DNA of 63,529 nucleotides, taken from contig JAFAJB010000247.1 in the NCBI GenBank assembly GCA_019236395.1, positions 1 through 63,529 of the forward strand. Direction: 5' to 3'. The notes beneath the pieces were generated by a model. The model saw only the letters and a program-made list of their open reading frames with translations. It made no database searches and was not told the DNA's origin. Below are positions 1 through 12,085 of the stretch, piece by piece. This DNA is from Cupriavidus sp. Its GTDB lineage: Bacteria; Pseudomonadota; Gammaproteobacteria; Burkholderiales; Burkholderiaceae. The translations under genes and the position numbers were made by a program. Every line of letters begins with the position of its first letter. Within the stretch, counting starts at the first letter, position 1.

Positions 1-16
1 TCCTGGAGACACTCAC

Positions 17-259
17 ATGATCAAGAACATTGGCAGTGCGGAACAGATCCGCGATGAAATCCTGCGGCGCCTGCTGGGAAGCCCCGACCTTGGCGACGCA
101 TGCCGCGACTGCGCCATTCCGCTTCCGAGCCGGGTCGATCCTGCGGCAAACGGTGGCTGCAACTGGCTCATCGATGCGTTCCCCGGCGTGGACCAGACAT
201 GCCTGCCCGCCGCAAGGGCCGTCACGATGGAGGTCATGCGCGAATACGACCTCCGGTAA
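17..259 (+). CDS. Small Cys-containing hypothetical protein (80 aa)
   Basis: GGAG RBS directly upstream; CRDC...CNW...C pattern; converges on the next gene without overlapping it. Confidence 0.65.
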   Translation: MIKNIGSAEQIRDEILRRLLGSPDLGDACRDCAIPLPSRVDPAANGGCNWLIDAFPGVDQTCLPAARAVTMEVMREYDLR

Positions 260-294
260 TCCTCATGCAGCGTCAGCAGGCGCGCAAGTTCCCG

Positions 295-1833
295 TCAGGC
301 CGGAAATCCGCCGACAGCGTCCGGTGATCTCCCGCGTTCTTCCGGCGCGAAGGCAATGCCCTCCTGCCGGCACATACGACGCACGGCACGCCGCGCGGTA
401 ATCAGGCCGGACGGCAGGCCGCCGCCGGGCATGACCCACTGGCCGATCATCAGAAACCGCCGCAAGCCGGGCAATGTGGGCGGCAAGGGCCGTACGCCCG
501 TCTGCGGCGTCAGCAGCCAGCCTTCCATGCTGCCTTGCCAGTTGCGCGTGCAGCGGACCACGGTGGCGGGTGTCGACACGTCAACCACCTCTATCGCGTC
601 GCGCACGCCGGGTGCGTGTGCGTCGAATATTGCGATCACGCTGTTCGCCACGCGCTGCTTCTCCGCTTCGTACCCTTGCGGGTCGTGTTCGCTCAAGTGG
701 GACCAGTAGACGGTGTTGCGCGTTGGAATCGTGCAGGTCACGGCGGTCTTGCCGGCGGGCGCGAAAGTCGGGTCGTAGTGGAACAGCCGAAAGGCGATCT
801 GATGCAGTACCGTTTGCGGATCGACTGTGAGCGGCTCGTCCAGTAGCCGCATCACGTATCCGCAATGCTGCGAAAGATCGCGCGCAATGCCAAGACTCAC
901 CTGCAGGAACGAGGGAAACGGCTTGTACGTGCGAAATACGTGGTCCATGCGCGGGCCGACATATCGTCCGTCGAGCAGGTCATAGATGGTCGAATGTCCG
1001 TCGGCAGCGGAGACGACCCAGTCGGCATCGATGCGCTCGCCGTCATCGAGCCGCACACCGACTGCCGTATCGTCTTCGACCAGCACCTGCGCGACGCTCG
1101 CGCCAGTGCGCAACACGCCGCCGAGTTGCTCCAGGTTCTGCACGATCGGACCGATCACCGCCTGCGATCCGCCCGTCGGATAGCCAGCATTCCGGTTGCT
1201 GACCCACGCGAGCGCGAAAACAAGGGCGACCACCGCGAGCTGCGCGTTCTCGCCTTCGCCGAAGAAGCCTTGCAGCAATGGGTCGTCGAACCGCTTGCCA
1301 TAGGCCTCGGCGGTGATGTGCGAAAGACTTTGCAGAAGAGGCATGCGGGGGAGCAATTGCAGCCCTGTCATGAGGCGGTCGCGCCAGGCGCCGCTCAATG
1401 ACGGCAGCGGGCAGTGGCTCAGGCTGCGCACGGCGTGTACGAACTCGCGGACCTGCGCTTCGTCCTGCGGGGCGTGCCGCAGCAACTCCGCTTCCAGCCG
1501 ATCGATATTCGAGTAGATCGAGAGATGCTTGCCCTGTTCGCTTTCTACGCGTACCCATTCTTCCGGATAGACGAAGTGCAGGCGGTCGATGTCGAACACT
1601 TCGCGCCACAACGCGTGCATGGTGTCCTGCGGATTCGAGCCGAGCAACCAGTGCAGGCAAGCCTCGAACGTATAGCCGCCGCGTTGCCAACTGGTGGCGA
1701 GTCCGCCGGGGCGTTCATGCTGTTCAAGCACGGTGACGGCATATCCGCACTTTCGCGCGTAGACCGCCGCGCACAGGCCGGCAATGCCGGCGCCGATGAT
1801 CACGACACTTCGGGAAACGGGAATGGGCTTCAT
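295..1833 (-). CDS. FAD-dependent oxidoreductase, phytoene desaturase-like family
   Basis: N-terminal IIGAGIAG dinucleotide motif, LEQHERPGG, C-terminal GQWVMPGGG; start MKPIP chosen from the AGGAG RBS. Confidence 0.85.
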   Translation of the reverse strand: MKPIPVSRSVVIIGAGIAGLCAAVYARKCGYAVTVLEQHERPGGLATSWQRGGYTFEACLHWLLGSNPQDTMHALWREVFDIDRLHFVYPEEWVRVESEQGKHLSIYSNIDRLEAELLRHAPQDEAQVREFVHAVRSLSHCPLPSLSGAWRDRLMTGLQLLPRMPLLQSLSHITAEAYGKRFDDPLLQGFFGEGENAQLAVVALVFALAWVSNRNAGYPTGGSQAVIGPIVQNLEQLGGVLRTGASVAQVLVEDDTAVGVRLDDGERIDADWVVSAADGHSTIYDLLDGRYVGPRMDHVFRTYKPFPSFLQVSLGIARDLSQHCGYVMRLLDEPLTVDPQTVLHQIAFRLFHYDPTFAPAGKTAVTCTIPTRNTVYWSHLSEHDPQGYEAEKQRVANSVIAIFDAHAPGVRDAIEVVDVSTPATVVRCTRNWQGSMEGWLLTPQTGVRPLPPTLPGLRRFLMIGQWVMPGGGLPSGLITARRAVRRMCRQEGIAFAPEERGRSPDAVGGFPA

Positions 1834-1895
1834 CGCTGCGACTCCTGCGGATACGGTATGCGGCACGGCGCTTGCTACGGCTCGACCGGCGGATC

Positions 1896-1909
1896 TTGAT
1901 ACGTATCAA
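1896..1909. promoter_or_regulatory. FNR box, perfect (TTGAT-ACGT-ATCAA), between the oxidoreductase and atpD
   Basis: Exact consensus; TATAGT at 1931-1936 fits class II spacing towards atpD. Confidence 0.85.
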
Positions 1910-1935
1910 GCATCAAGGCATCTCATTTTCTATAG

Positions 1936-3877
<1,942 letters not shown>

Positions 3878-3881
<4 letters not shown>

Positions 3882-4153
3882 GCCAGGAAGACGACAACCT
3901 TCGCCGCGCCCTTGCCCGCCAGGTGAAGCAACTGCGGGATGCACGGCCTGCTGGCCTTGTCGGCCTGCTCGTCATTGGCGGGACGGTGGGATTGCTGCTG
4001 GTGGTCCCCGTGATCGTCGGCGCTTATCTAGGGCGCTGGCTGGACGAGCAATTGTCGGGGTACTCCGTTCGCTGGACCGTCAATCTGATCCTGCTTGGGC
4101 TGCTGGTCGGCGTGGTCAACGTCATTCTGTTCTTTCGTTCGCACGACCGATGA
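3878..4153 (+). CDS. AtpQ/AtpI(AtpZ)-family two-helix membrane subunit
   Basis: GAYLGRWLD motif, two hydrophobic helices, ATGA overlap. Confidence 0.85.
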
Positions 4154-4848
4154 ACAACGTCATCATCTGGCACTTCCATCGCCTGGTGTTCACCGAGCCA
4201 CTACTGCTCTCGCTCGGCGTGAGCGCGTGCCTGGTTGCGCTGGCGCTGGTGTTGCGCCAGAGAATTGCGCTCGCGTCCGGCGGACCTCCGGTCATCGTCG
4301 AAGCGGCCTACCAGCTTATGCACGATGCCGTCGCCGAAGTAGTAGGCGCGACGCACGTGGAACGTGTGCTGCCATTCGTCGGCACGCTGTGGCTGTTCAT
4401 CCTGTTGGCCAACCTGCTTGGCCTGGTGCCCGGACTGGTTTCGCCGACGCGCGACCTGTCAATCACCAGCGCCCTCGCGATCACAGTGTTTGCCGCAGTG
4501 CACGTCTTCGGCGTACGCGCGTGCGGCTGGAAGGCTTACCTGCGCCACTACCTTGCCCCGAACCCCATCCTGCTGCCGTTCCACCTGATCAGCGAGATCA
4601 CGCGCACGATCGCCCTGGCAATCCGGCTGTTCGGCAACATGATGAGCCTGGAAATGGCGGCCATGCTGGTGCTGCTGGTTGCAGGGCTGCTGGTGCCCGT
4701 GCCACTGCTGCTGCTGCACGTCGTCGAAGCGCTGATCCAGGCCTACATCTTTGGCATGCTGGCCCTGATCTACATCGGCAGCGCACTGGAGGCCGGGCAG
4801 CAAGCGCAGCCTCCCCCCACACCTTCCGTTCCAGAGGAGCGTTCATGA
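4150..4848 (+). CDS. atpB: ATPase F0 subunit a
   Basis: LAIRLFGNM with essential Arg; LIQAYIF. Confidence 0.93.
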   Translation: MNNVIIWHFHRLVFTEPLLLSLGVSACLVALALVLRQRIALASGGPPVIVEAAYQLMHDAVAEVVGATHVERVLPFVGTLWLFILLANLLGLVPGLVSPTRDLSITSALAITVFAAVHVFGVRACGWKAYLRHYLAPNPILLPFHLISEITRTIALAIRLFGNMMSLEMAAMLVLLVAGLLVPVPLLLLHVVEALIQAYIFGMLALIYIGSALEAGQQAQPPPTPSVPEERS

Positions 4849-5111
4849 GCGACCTGCACCTGTTCAGCGTTGTTTCGACCATTGTGGCCGCGCTGGCCAT
4901 CGCGCTGGGTGTGTTCTACCCGGCGCGCGCGATGGGGCGTGCCGTTGCCGCGGCGCTCGAAGCGCCTGCCCGGCAGCCAGAAGCCGAGAAGCCGATCAGC
5001 CGCACCCTGTTCATTGGTCTGGCGATGATCGAATCACTGGCGATCTATTGCCTGGTGATCGCTCTCATCATCCTGTTCCGCAATCCGCTGCTGGAGTACT
5101 TCCTGAAGTAG
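4845..5111 (+). CDS. atpE: ATPase F0 subunit c
   Basis: ARQPEA loop; MIESLAIY carboxylate helix; GAGGAG RBS. Confidence 0.93.
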   Translation: MSDLHLFSVVSTIVAALAIALGVFYPARAMGRAVAAALEAPARQPEAEKPISRTLFIGLAMIESLAIYCLVIALIILFRNPLLEYFLK

Positions 5112-5120
5112 GAGGCCACC

Positions 5121-5870
5121 ATGGAACTGGACGCCACTACGTTCGTGCTCGAGATCATCAACTTCCTGGTGCTGCTGTGGCTGCTCAACCGCCTGCTCTA
5201 CCGCCCGGTCAGGGCTGCCATCGACACGCGCGCCCAGGCACAGGCCAGCCGCCAGCAGGCACTGGACGAGCGGCAGGCCGGCATTGACGCCGAAGCCGCC
5301 AGCCTCGCCCACGGCAAGGCCGAGCTGGAAGCGCGCCGCAGGGCCGCCGAGACGGACTTGGCCGACGAGATCGCCGCGCTGCGGCAGAAGCGTCTGGCGG
5401 AGCTCGCGCGCGAACTCGACGTCGAACGCGAGAAGGCCCGCGCGCGCCTTGCGCAGCAGCAACAGCTTTCGGCAGCGCAGCAGGAGGGCGAGTTGCGCGA
5501 ACGCGCCGGGCGGTTCGTCGCCGACTATCTTGCACGCCTCGCATCGCCCGCCGTGGAGGCGGCCGTCATGGAACTCTTCCTCGACGAGTTGGCAAGGCAA
5601 AGCGCGCCCGCCCGCGCGGCATTGCGTGAAGGATGGTCGGATCGCGGCGAGGCGCCTCCCAATGTAGAGGTCAGCACTGCATTCCCGCAGCCGGAGGCAA
5701 TCTGCACCCGCGTTGAAGCACAGATCAACGCGCTGATGGGCACCAGTGCGCGAACCCGGTGGCAGATCGATCCGCAAGTGCTCGCAGGCATATGCGTCCA
5801 TTTGCCCGGCCACCTTCTTGAAGCCAGTCTGCGTCGCGGCGTGGACGCCTTTGCCGCACCCGCCGCATGA
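5121..5870 (+). CDS. atpF: ATPase subunit b with delta-like C-terminal extension
   Basis: EIINFLVLLWLL transmembrane start, coiled coil, 249 aa as typical for N-ATPase b. Confidence 0.9.
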   Translation: MELDATTFVLEIINFLVLLWLLNRLLYRPVRAAIDTRAQAQASRQQALDERQAGIDAEAASLAHGKAELEARRRAAETDLADEIAALRQKRLAELARELDVEREKARARLAQQQQLSAAQQEGELRERAGRFVADYLARLASPAVEAAVMELFLDELARQSAPARAALREGWSDRGEAPPNVEVSTAFPQPEAICTRVEAQINALMGTSARTRWQIDPQVLAGICVHLPGHLLEASLRRGVDAFAAPAA

Positions 5871-7297
5871 CGACCGCAGAGATCGGCCTCGTGATCGAGG
5901 AAGTCGGCACGGTCGTCGGCGTGGCTGACGGTATCGCCTGGCTGCAGGGGCTACCCTCGGTCCCGCTGGGCGAAGTGTTGCGCTCGGCCGATGGCAGCCG
6001 AGCATGGGTCTTTCAGCTCGATGAGCACCTGGCTGGCTGCATCCTGCTGGACCAGGCCGAGGGCCTGGCTGCCGGAACGCGCATGCGTCGCAGTGGCCAG
6101 CGGCTGACCCTGAACTGCGCGGATGCACTGCGAGGGCGCGTCATCGATCCACTCGGCCGCGCGCTGGACGGCCTGCCCTTGCCGCCGATGGAAACGCAGC
6201 AGCCGCTCGAAGCCCGTTCCCCGGCAATCATTGACCGCGACCCCGTCACCCGCCCGTTGTACACGGGCAATACGATCATCGACACATTGCTCCCGATCGG
6301 ACGTGGCCAGCGCGAACTGCTGATCGGCGATGACGGCACCGGCAAGAGTTCCCTGGCGCTGGACGCGGTGATTCACCAGCGCGATCAGGGCGTTCGATGC
6401 GTACTGGTGCTGATCGGCCAGCGCCGGGCCGAGGTCGCCGAGACCATCCATCTGCTCAACGCGCACAAGGCCATGGCGAACACCACCATCGTGGTGGCCG
6501 AAGCGGGCAGCCTGCCGGGCCTGCAGTACCTGGCGCCGTTCGCGGGATGCGCGCTTGCGGAATCGTGGATGTATGCCGGTCTCGACACGCTGATCGTCTA
6601 CGACGACCTTGGCAAGCACGCCCAGGCTTACCGGGAGCTGTCGTTGCTGATGCGCCGCCCGCCCGGGCGCGAAGCCTATCCCGGGGATATCTTCTACCTG
6701 CATTCGCGCCTGCTCGAACGCTCGACCCAGCTTAACGTCGCCCGTGGCGGCGGAAGCATGACGGCGTTGCCGATCACGCCCACCCAGCTTGGAGAGGTGG
6801 CGAGCTATATCCCCACCAACCTGATCTCCATCACCGATGGCCAGGTCTACCTGAGCACCAAGCTTGTCACCGCCGGCACCTATCCGGCGATCGATCTCGG
6901 CATATCGGTCTCGCGAATTGGCGGCAAGGCGCAGGACCGCGCGATCGCTGGCGAATGCAAGCACCTGCGGCTTGATTACCTGCAGTTCCTCGAACTCGAA
7001 TTGTTCCTGCGCTTCGGCACCCGGCTCGATGACGAGATGGAAGCGCGCGTGCGCCACGGACGCCTGCTGCAGGCTCTGTTTCAGCAGGACCGCCTGGAGC
7101 CCCGCCCCATCCGCTACCAGATGGCATGGCTGGTAGCGCTGAATGAAGGCTGGCTTGATGGCCTTGGGGACACCGCGCTGCAGGCAACCCTCGAGACGCT
7201 GCGCCGGCGGGCTGGTGAAGTTGATGCTCCCGCACTCGATGCGCCGCGCGAGCAATGGGTCGATGTCGTGCATGGTTGGATCGGGCCGCAGGCATGA
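5867..7297 (+). CDS. atpA: N-type F-ATPase subunit alpha
   Basis: GRGQRELLIGD, PPGREAYPGD, SVSRIGG. Confidence 0.95.
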   Translation: MTTAEIGLVIEEVGTVVGVADGIAWLQGLPSVPLGEVLRSADGSRAWVFQLDEHLAGCILLDQAEGLAAGTRMRRSGQRLTLNCADALRGRVIDPLGRALDGLPLPPMETQQPLEARSPAIIDRDPVTRPLYTGNTIIDTLLPIGRGQRELLIGDDGTGKSSLALDAVIHQRDQGVRCVLVLIGQRRAEVAETIHLLNAHKAMANTTIVVAEAGSLPGLQYLAPFAGCALAESWMYAGLDTLIVYDDLGKHAQAYRELSLLMRRPPGREAYPGDIFYLHSRLLERSTQLNVARGGGSMTALPITPTQLGEVASYIPTNLISITDGQVYLSTKLVTAGTYPAIDLGISVSRIGGKAQDRAIAGECKHLRLDYLQFLELELFLRFGTRLDDEMEARVRHGRLLQALFQQDRLEPRPIRYQMAWLVALNEGWLDGLGDTALQATLETLRRRAGEVDAPALDAPREQWVDVVHGWIGPQA

Positions 7298-8136
7298 GCA
7301 ACCAGGAAGCCTTTCGCAAGCGCGCGGCGCTGCTCACGGAGTTGCACGAAATCGTGCAGGCCATGAAAAACGTCGCTGCCGCCGAACTGCTTCGCCTCAC
7401 CCGCGAACGGCAAACGCTGACGCAAGCGCTCGGCGCCGTCGCGGGCGGGCTGGCCCGCTGCAGCGAGATGCGCCCGCTTGATGTCACGCCTCCGCCGCAC
7501 ACGGCACGCGCGAGCTGGCTGGTGATCGGCGCCGAGCGAGGGTTCTGCGGGACATTCAACGCCCGCCTGCTGCAGGCCATGCAGGCCCTGCTGGATGCCG
7601 ATCCGCAAGCACGCGTCTTGCTGGCAAGTCGCCGTATGGGCGATCACCTTGCCGATCACCTCGACCCCGCCGATGGCCGATACGTCATCATTCCAGGCTG
7701 CGCAGCGGTGGAAGACACGGCTGCCGCTCTCGACTGCTGGCTACCCGCGCTCGAAGCCGAAGCACGAGACGGGCGCACGATCTGGATGCTGCATACCGCG
7801 GACCAAGGCTTCGCCCGACGGCGCCTGCTGCCTGTCCCGGACCTTGCCGGCATCGCGTCCGAACCCGACATACAAGGCGCCTCGGGCCCACCTGCACACT
7901 ATTTGCCCGCGCCGGTGCTGCGTGCCGCACTGCGGCACCAGGCGTTCCGCCTGTTTGTGCAGGCCGCCCTCTACGAGTCGCTGGAGCACGAGAATCGTTC
8001 GCGGCTGACGCAGATGCAGCTCGCACACGAGCATCTGGACCGGCTGGGCCAGACCCTGCGACAGCGTCAGGCGGCACAGCGCCAGGCCGACATCACCAAC
8101 GAGCTGGAGACGCTGACCAGCGTCCTCGCCCCCTGA
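7294..8136 (+). CDS. atpG: ATPase subunit gamma
   Basis: AMKNVA, ERGFCGTFN, RQADITNEL. Confidence 0.9.
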   Translation: MSNQEAFRKRAALLTELHEIVQAMKNVAAAELLRLTRERQTLTQALGAVAGGLARCSEMRPLDVTPPPHTARASWLVIGAERGFCGTFNARLLQAMQALLDADPQARVLLASRRMGDHLADHLDPADGRYVIIPGCAAVEDTAAALDCWLPALEAEARDGRTIWMLHTADQGFARRRLLPVPDLAGIASEPDIQGASGPPAHYLPAPVLRAALRHQAFRLFVQAALYESLEHENRSRLTQMQLAHEHLDRLGQTLRQRQAAQRQADITNELETLTSVLAP

Positions 8137-8191
8137 GGCGCTGGCATCGGTCTATGATTCTGGGCATCTACCCTTCTGGACCCTGGAAACC

Positions 8192-9046
8192 ATGTCGAAC
8201 ACCATTCTCGTTATGGGCGCCACCGGCACGGTGGGCCGTGAACTCGCCACGCAACTCAAGGGGGCTGGCGCGAATGTGATTGCCATGTCATCCACAGGCA
8301 AGGCGGTCGAGGGCGTCGAAACCCGCCACGGCGATCTGGCGGACCCAAAGAGCCTGGCGTCCGCGTTGCGTGGCGTCGATGTGCTGTTCCTGCTACTGCC
8401 GCTGCAACGCAACATGGCGGATCTGGCCCGCAACGCGATTGCCGCGGCCAAAGCGGCTGGCGTCAGCCATATCGTCCGATCATCGGGCGCCGGCGCCGAT
8501 CCGGGCAGCCCTGCCGCGATTGGCCGCGTGCAAGGCGAGATTGACGAACTGGTGGCACAGTCCGGCATCGCGTACACATTGACGCGGCCCAACTGCTTCA
8601 TGCAGAACTTCCTGACCTTCTACGGGGACATGATCCGCGCAGGCACGCTCTATCTCGCGCAGGGCGACGGCAAGGTGTCGTTCATCGACGCTCGCGATAT
8701 TGCGGCCGTCAACGCTTCGATCCTGCAGCATCCCGCTGCACATGCCGGCAAGATCTACACGCTGACCGGCGGCAAGGCGCTTTCCAACGCCGACGTCACG
8801 CAGTGCATTGGCGCGGCCCTGGGGCGCAGCATCAGTTACGTGGCCGTGCCGGATGATGCGGCGATCTCATCGATGCGTGACGCGGGCGTGGACGAGTGGT
8901 CGATCGATACGCTGATGAGCCTGAACCGTGTGATCGCAGCCGGCTATACGGCGGAGGTCAGCCCCGATGTCGAGAATCTGCTTGGGCGAGCGCCCATCAC
9001 CTTCGAGACGTTTGTAGCGGATCACCTTGCAAGCTGGCGCCAGTAG
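8192..9046 (+). CDS. NmrA-like / atypical SDR NAD(P)H-binding oxidoreductase
   Basis: ILVMGATGTVG, RPNCFMQN, DARDIA. Confidence 0.88.
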   Translation: MSNTILVMGATGTVGRELATQLKGAGANVIAMSSTGKAVEGVETRHGDLADPKSLASALRGVDVLFLLLPLQRNMADLARNAIAAAKAAGVSHIVRSSGAGADPGSPAAIGRVQGEIDELVAQSGIAYTLTRPNCFMQNFLTFYGDMIRAGTLYLAQGDGKVSFIDARDIAAVNASILQHPAAHAGKIYTLTGGKALSNADVTQCIGAALGRSISYVAVPDDAAISSMRDAGVDEWSIDTLMSLNRVIAAGYTAEVSPDVENLLGRAPITFETFVADHLASWRQ

Positions 9047-9097
9047 TCTTAGACGGCGGGCGCCTGATGAACTACCCATTCAATCCAAGGATTTCCC

Positions 9098-9781
9098 GTG
9101 AAAGTACTGATTGTCCTCACCTCGCACGATCAACTGGGCGACACTGGCGCAAAAACCGGCTTCTGGCTCGAGGAACTGGCGGCACCGTATTACGCGCTGA
9201 AGGACGCGGGCGTTCAGATCACGCTCGCGTCGGTCGAAGGCGGCCAACCGCCGCTTGATCCAAAGAGCAGCGACCCCGCATCCCAGACCGATGCGACGCG
9301 CCGCTTCGAAGCCGACGCCGAAGCACGTGCCGCTTTGGCCAAGACGCACAAGCTTTCAGACATGTCCGTCGACGGCTTCGACGCGATCTTCTATCCCGGC
9401 GGCCATGGCCCGTTGTGGGATCTCGCGGAAGATGCAAGTTCGATCGCATTGATCGAACATGCCATCGCGGCCGGCAAACCGGTTGCGGCTGTGTGCCACG
9501 CTCCGGGCGTGCTGCGTCATGCAAAGGCGCCAGATGGCAAACCGCTGGTCGCCGGCAAAGCGGTGACGGGATTCTCGAACAGCGAGGAGCAGGCGGTCGG
9601 CCTGACTGACGTGGTGCCGTTCCTCGTCGAGGATATGCTGGTGGCAAACGGCGGGCGCTACTCGAAGGCGGATGACTGGCAGCCGCACGTTGCAGTGGAC
9701 GGACTGCTGATCACGGGGCAAAACCCTGCTTCCTCGGAGCCCGTCGCGCATGCGCTGCTGAAAAGCTTGAAGCGAAGCTGA
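9098..9781 (+). CDS. DJ-1/PfpI (Hsp31-like) protein
   Basis: GFWLEEL, PGGHG, AVCH nucleophile elbow, TGQNPAS. Confidence 0.9.
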   Translation: MKVLIVLTSHDQLGDTGAKTGFWLEELAAPYYALKDAGVQITLASVEGGQPPLDPKSSDPASQTDATRRFEADAEARAALAKTHKLSDMSVDGFDAIFYPGGHGPLWDLAEDASSIALIEHAIAAGKPVAAVCHAPGVLRHAKAPDGKPLVAGKAVTGFSNSEEQAVGLTDVVPFLVEDMLVANGGRYSKADDWQPHVAVDGLLITGQNPASSEPVAHALLKSLKRS

Positions 9782-9793
9782 GCGTAGATCGGT

Positions 9794-9838
9794 GCGCCCG
9801 GAGCCGCCCGGAGCCGCCGAGAGCCGCTAACCGGGCGC
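9794..9838. repeat. Three 10-bp GAGCCGC-core tandem units inside a GCGCCCGG inverted repeat
   Basis: gagccgcccg/gagccgccga/gagccgctaa at 9801-9830, flanked by gcgcccgg and ccgggcgc; between convergent genes. Confidence 0.5.
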
Positions 9839-9880
9839 GCCGGGTGCTCACGCACCCGGCCGCCGCTGGTTCCGCCCAGC

Positions 9881-10534
9881 CTATGGATTGACCCGGATGT
9901 TGTTGTTGACCGAGGTTACCCCCGGTGCCGACCATGCCGCATTTACCGCGGCCTCGCGTTCCGCCCAGGTACGCAAGCTGCCACCCAGTGTGACAGCACC
10001 ACCCCAGACCATCACCGTCACCTGGCTGGCATCGCATGTCGCCTGGCGTTCGATCGCGGACTTGATCAACAGGCTCAACTCCCGCCGATCCGCCTGAGGA
10101 CGAACCACGATGGCGTTGGCCACGCCGGTCACACCAAACAGCCCGGCCACCGCGTGTTCCGCCTCCATGCGCTGGTAGTTCCAGTCAACGGTACCTGTAA
10201 GCGTCACGGCACCGTGCTCCACCATGATGCTGATGCGATCGTTGGGAATCATCGCGTTCCAGCCCAGTACATTGGCTGCGGCACGCGCGATATCGGCATC
10301 CGTACGCTGGCAATCGTCCGGCAGGCGGACGTCCAGTTCCACGGCCAGTGCGTTGACGCCGGGAATGCGCTTCACCGCGGCCTCCGCTGCGTACTTTTCT
10401 GCGAGGCTGGCCAGGTGCCCGGTCAGCGTCACCACGCCATCGTTGACCTGGACGCCGATCCCGGTCGCATCGACGGCCGGATCCCAGTTCAATTCCTCGA
10501 TCACGTCCTGCTTGAGTTGAATATCGCCTTTCAT
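9881..10534 (-). CDS. Triple BON-domain (OsmY-like) protein
   Basis: Three repeats of GxVTLxG...A...GVxxVxNxI; start MKGDIQLKQD after an AGGA RBS. Confidence 0.9.
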   Translation of the reverse strand: MKGDIQLKQDVIEELNWDPAVDATGIGVQVNDGVVTLTGHLASLAEKYAAEAAVKRIPGVNALAVELDVRLPDDCQRTDADIARAAANVLGWNAMIPNDRISIMVEHGAVTLTGTVDWNYQRMEAEHAVAGLFGVTGVANAIVVRPQADRRELSLLIKSAIERQATCDASQVTVMVWGGAVTLGGSLRTWAEREAAVNAAWSAPGVTSVNNNIRVNP

Positions 10535-10614
10535 GGGTGTCCTCGTCTCATCGAAATTCGGCCGGTCGCAGCGTCGCCGCTGAATCCAGCCTATTTGGCG
10601 CAGGGCATATCCCA

Positions 10615-10628
10615 TTGATCGACATCAA
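10615..10628. promoter_or_regulatory. FNR box, perfect (TTGAT-CGAC-ATCAA), upstream of the BON gene
   Basis: Exact consensus; TAGGCT -10 on the minus strand at 10593-10588; overlaps the stop codon of the upstream gene. Confidence 0.85.
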
Positions 10629-12085
10629 CGAGACTGCGGCGGGCCATCCCAGCCTCCACCCAGGGCAAGGAACAGTGCCACGGTATCCTGCAGCCGCTGC
10701 GTATGTGCCTGTATGTACCCGATGCTTGCCTGTTCGAACTGGGCGTTGGCAACCAGCACCTGCAGGTATCCCGCCGTTCCGGCCACGTAGTTGGCCTGCA
10801 CTTCCGTCATCAATTCCCGCGCAGCCTGCCGTGCACGGTCCTGGGCATCAACCGCCACCGCGTCATGGTCCAGCGCCCGCAGCGCATCGGCCACCTGGGC
10901 GAATGCCGCCAGGACAACCTGTCGGTAATTGGCTTGTGCCGCCTCGTACTGCTCCTGCGCCGCGCGCCGGCGGTAGAAAAGCGTGCCGCCCTCGAAGATC
11001 GGCGCTGCCACAGAGGCCGCTACGCCCCAGATGCCACCGCCGGCCGCGAACAGGTTGCCCGGTAACGTCGCCTCACGCCCGTAGCTCGCACTCAGTTGAA
11101 TGCTTGGCAGCATCGCGGCCGTGGCTACGCCCACCTCCGCCGCCGCCACGTGCACCAGGGCCTGCGCGGCGAGCACATCGGGCCTGCGTTGCACCAGTTC
11201 CGACGGCAGCACGCGTGGCAGATCAACTGGCAGGGCCAGCGAGTCCAGCGGTAGCTCCAAAGGTTCCGTTTCCGACGGAAAGCGCCCGACCAGCGTCGCA
11301 CTGAGGTGGTCCGCCTGCTCCATCCTCTGTGTCAGCGGCGGAATGGTGGCTTCGAGCGAGCCGAGCTGGCTTTGCAGGCTCAGTTCGCTGGCATGCAACG
11401 CCGTGCCAGCGTTCACCTGCGCATGCGTGATCTCCACCTGATCGCGCACCGCCTTCACCAGTTCGTCTGTGGCCGCAATCTGGGCGGCGTAACCGGCCCG
11501 GGCGATGGCGGTATTGACAAGGGTGCCCGTCAGTGTGAGCCAGGTGGCGCCGACCGCATAACGCTGTTCTTCCGCCTGGGCCGCCAGCGCCTCAACGGCC
11601 CGGCGATTGCCGCCAAACAGGTCCAGCGCGTAGCTGACTGTCGCGCCCAACGTAAAGACATTGAATACACCGGGCGGTGCGCTGCTTCCCAGCCGCACGG
11701 GTGTCGTTGTCTGGCGCGAGGCCCCGGCCTGTGCCGCGACCTGCGGGTAGAACACGCCCGCACCGGCACGCACCGCGGCATCGGCCTGCCTCAGGTTCGC
11801 TTCGGCAATCTGCAGGCTGGGGTTCTCCGCCAGCGCCGCATCCACCGCGCGGTCCAGCTCCGCGCTGCCGAACATCCTCCACCATGCTTCTGGCACGGGC
11901 GCACCCGACGAAAAGTGCTGAGCCTGCCCCTCGCCAGACGGCGTGCTCCCGGCATCGCCACCACGTACGTACTCCCGCGCCGAAGGCGCGGCCGGCGGTA
12001 CGAAATCGGGTCCGACCGCGCACCCTGCAAGCGTGAACGCGAGCAAGACGGCTGGCGAGATCCGGGAAGGCCAAAGCGTTGTCAC
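10625..12085 (-). CDS. Outer membrane efflux lipoprotein (NodT/OprM family)
   Basis: LAGCAVGP lipobox, RRPDV, LFLALGGGW. Confidence 0.92.
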   Translation of the reverse strand: MTTLWPSRISPAVLLAFTLAGCAVGPDFVPPAAPSAREYVRGGDAGSTPSGEGQAQHFSSGAPVPEAWWRMFGSAELDRAVDAALAENPSLQIAEANLRQADAAVRAGAGVFYPQVAAQAGASRQTTTPVRLGSSAPPGVFNVFTLGATVSYALDLFGGNRRAVEALAAQAEEQRYAVGATWLTLTGTLVNTAIARAGYAAQIAATDELVKAVRDQVEITHAQVNAGTALHASELSLQSQLGSLEATIPPLTQRMEQADHLSATLVGRFPSETEPLELPLDSLALPVDLPRVLPSELVQRRPDVLAAQALVHVAAAEVGVATAAMLPSIQLSASYGREATLPGNLFAAGGGIWGVAASVAAPIFEGGTLFYRRRAAQEQYEAAQANYRQVVLAAFAQVADALRALDHDAVAVDAQDRARQAARELMTEVQANYVAGTAGYLQVLVANAQFEQASIGYIQAHTQRLQDTVALFLALGGGWDGPPQSR

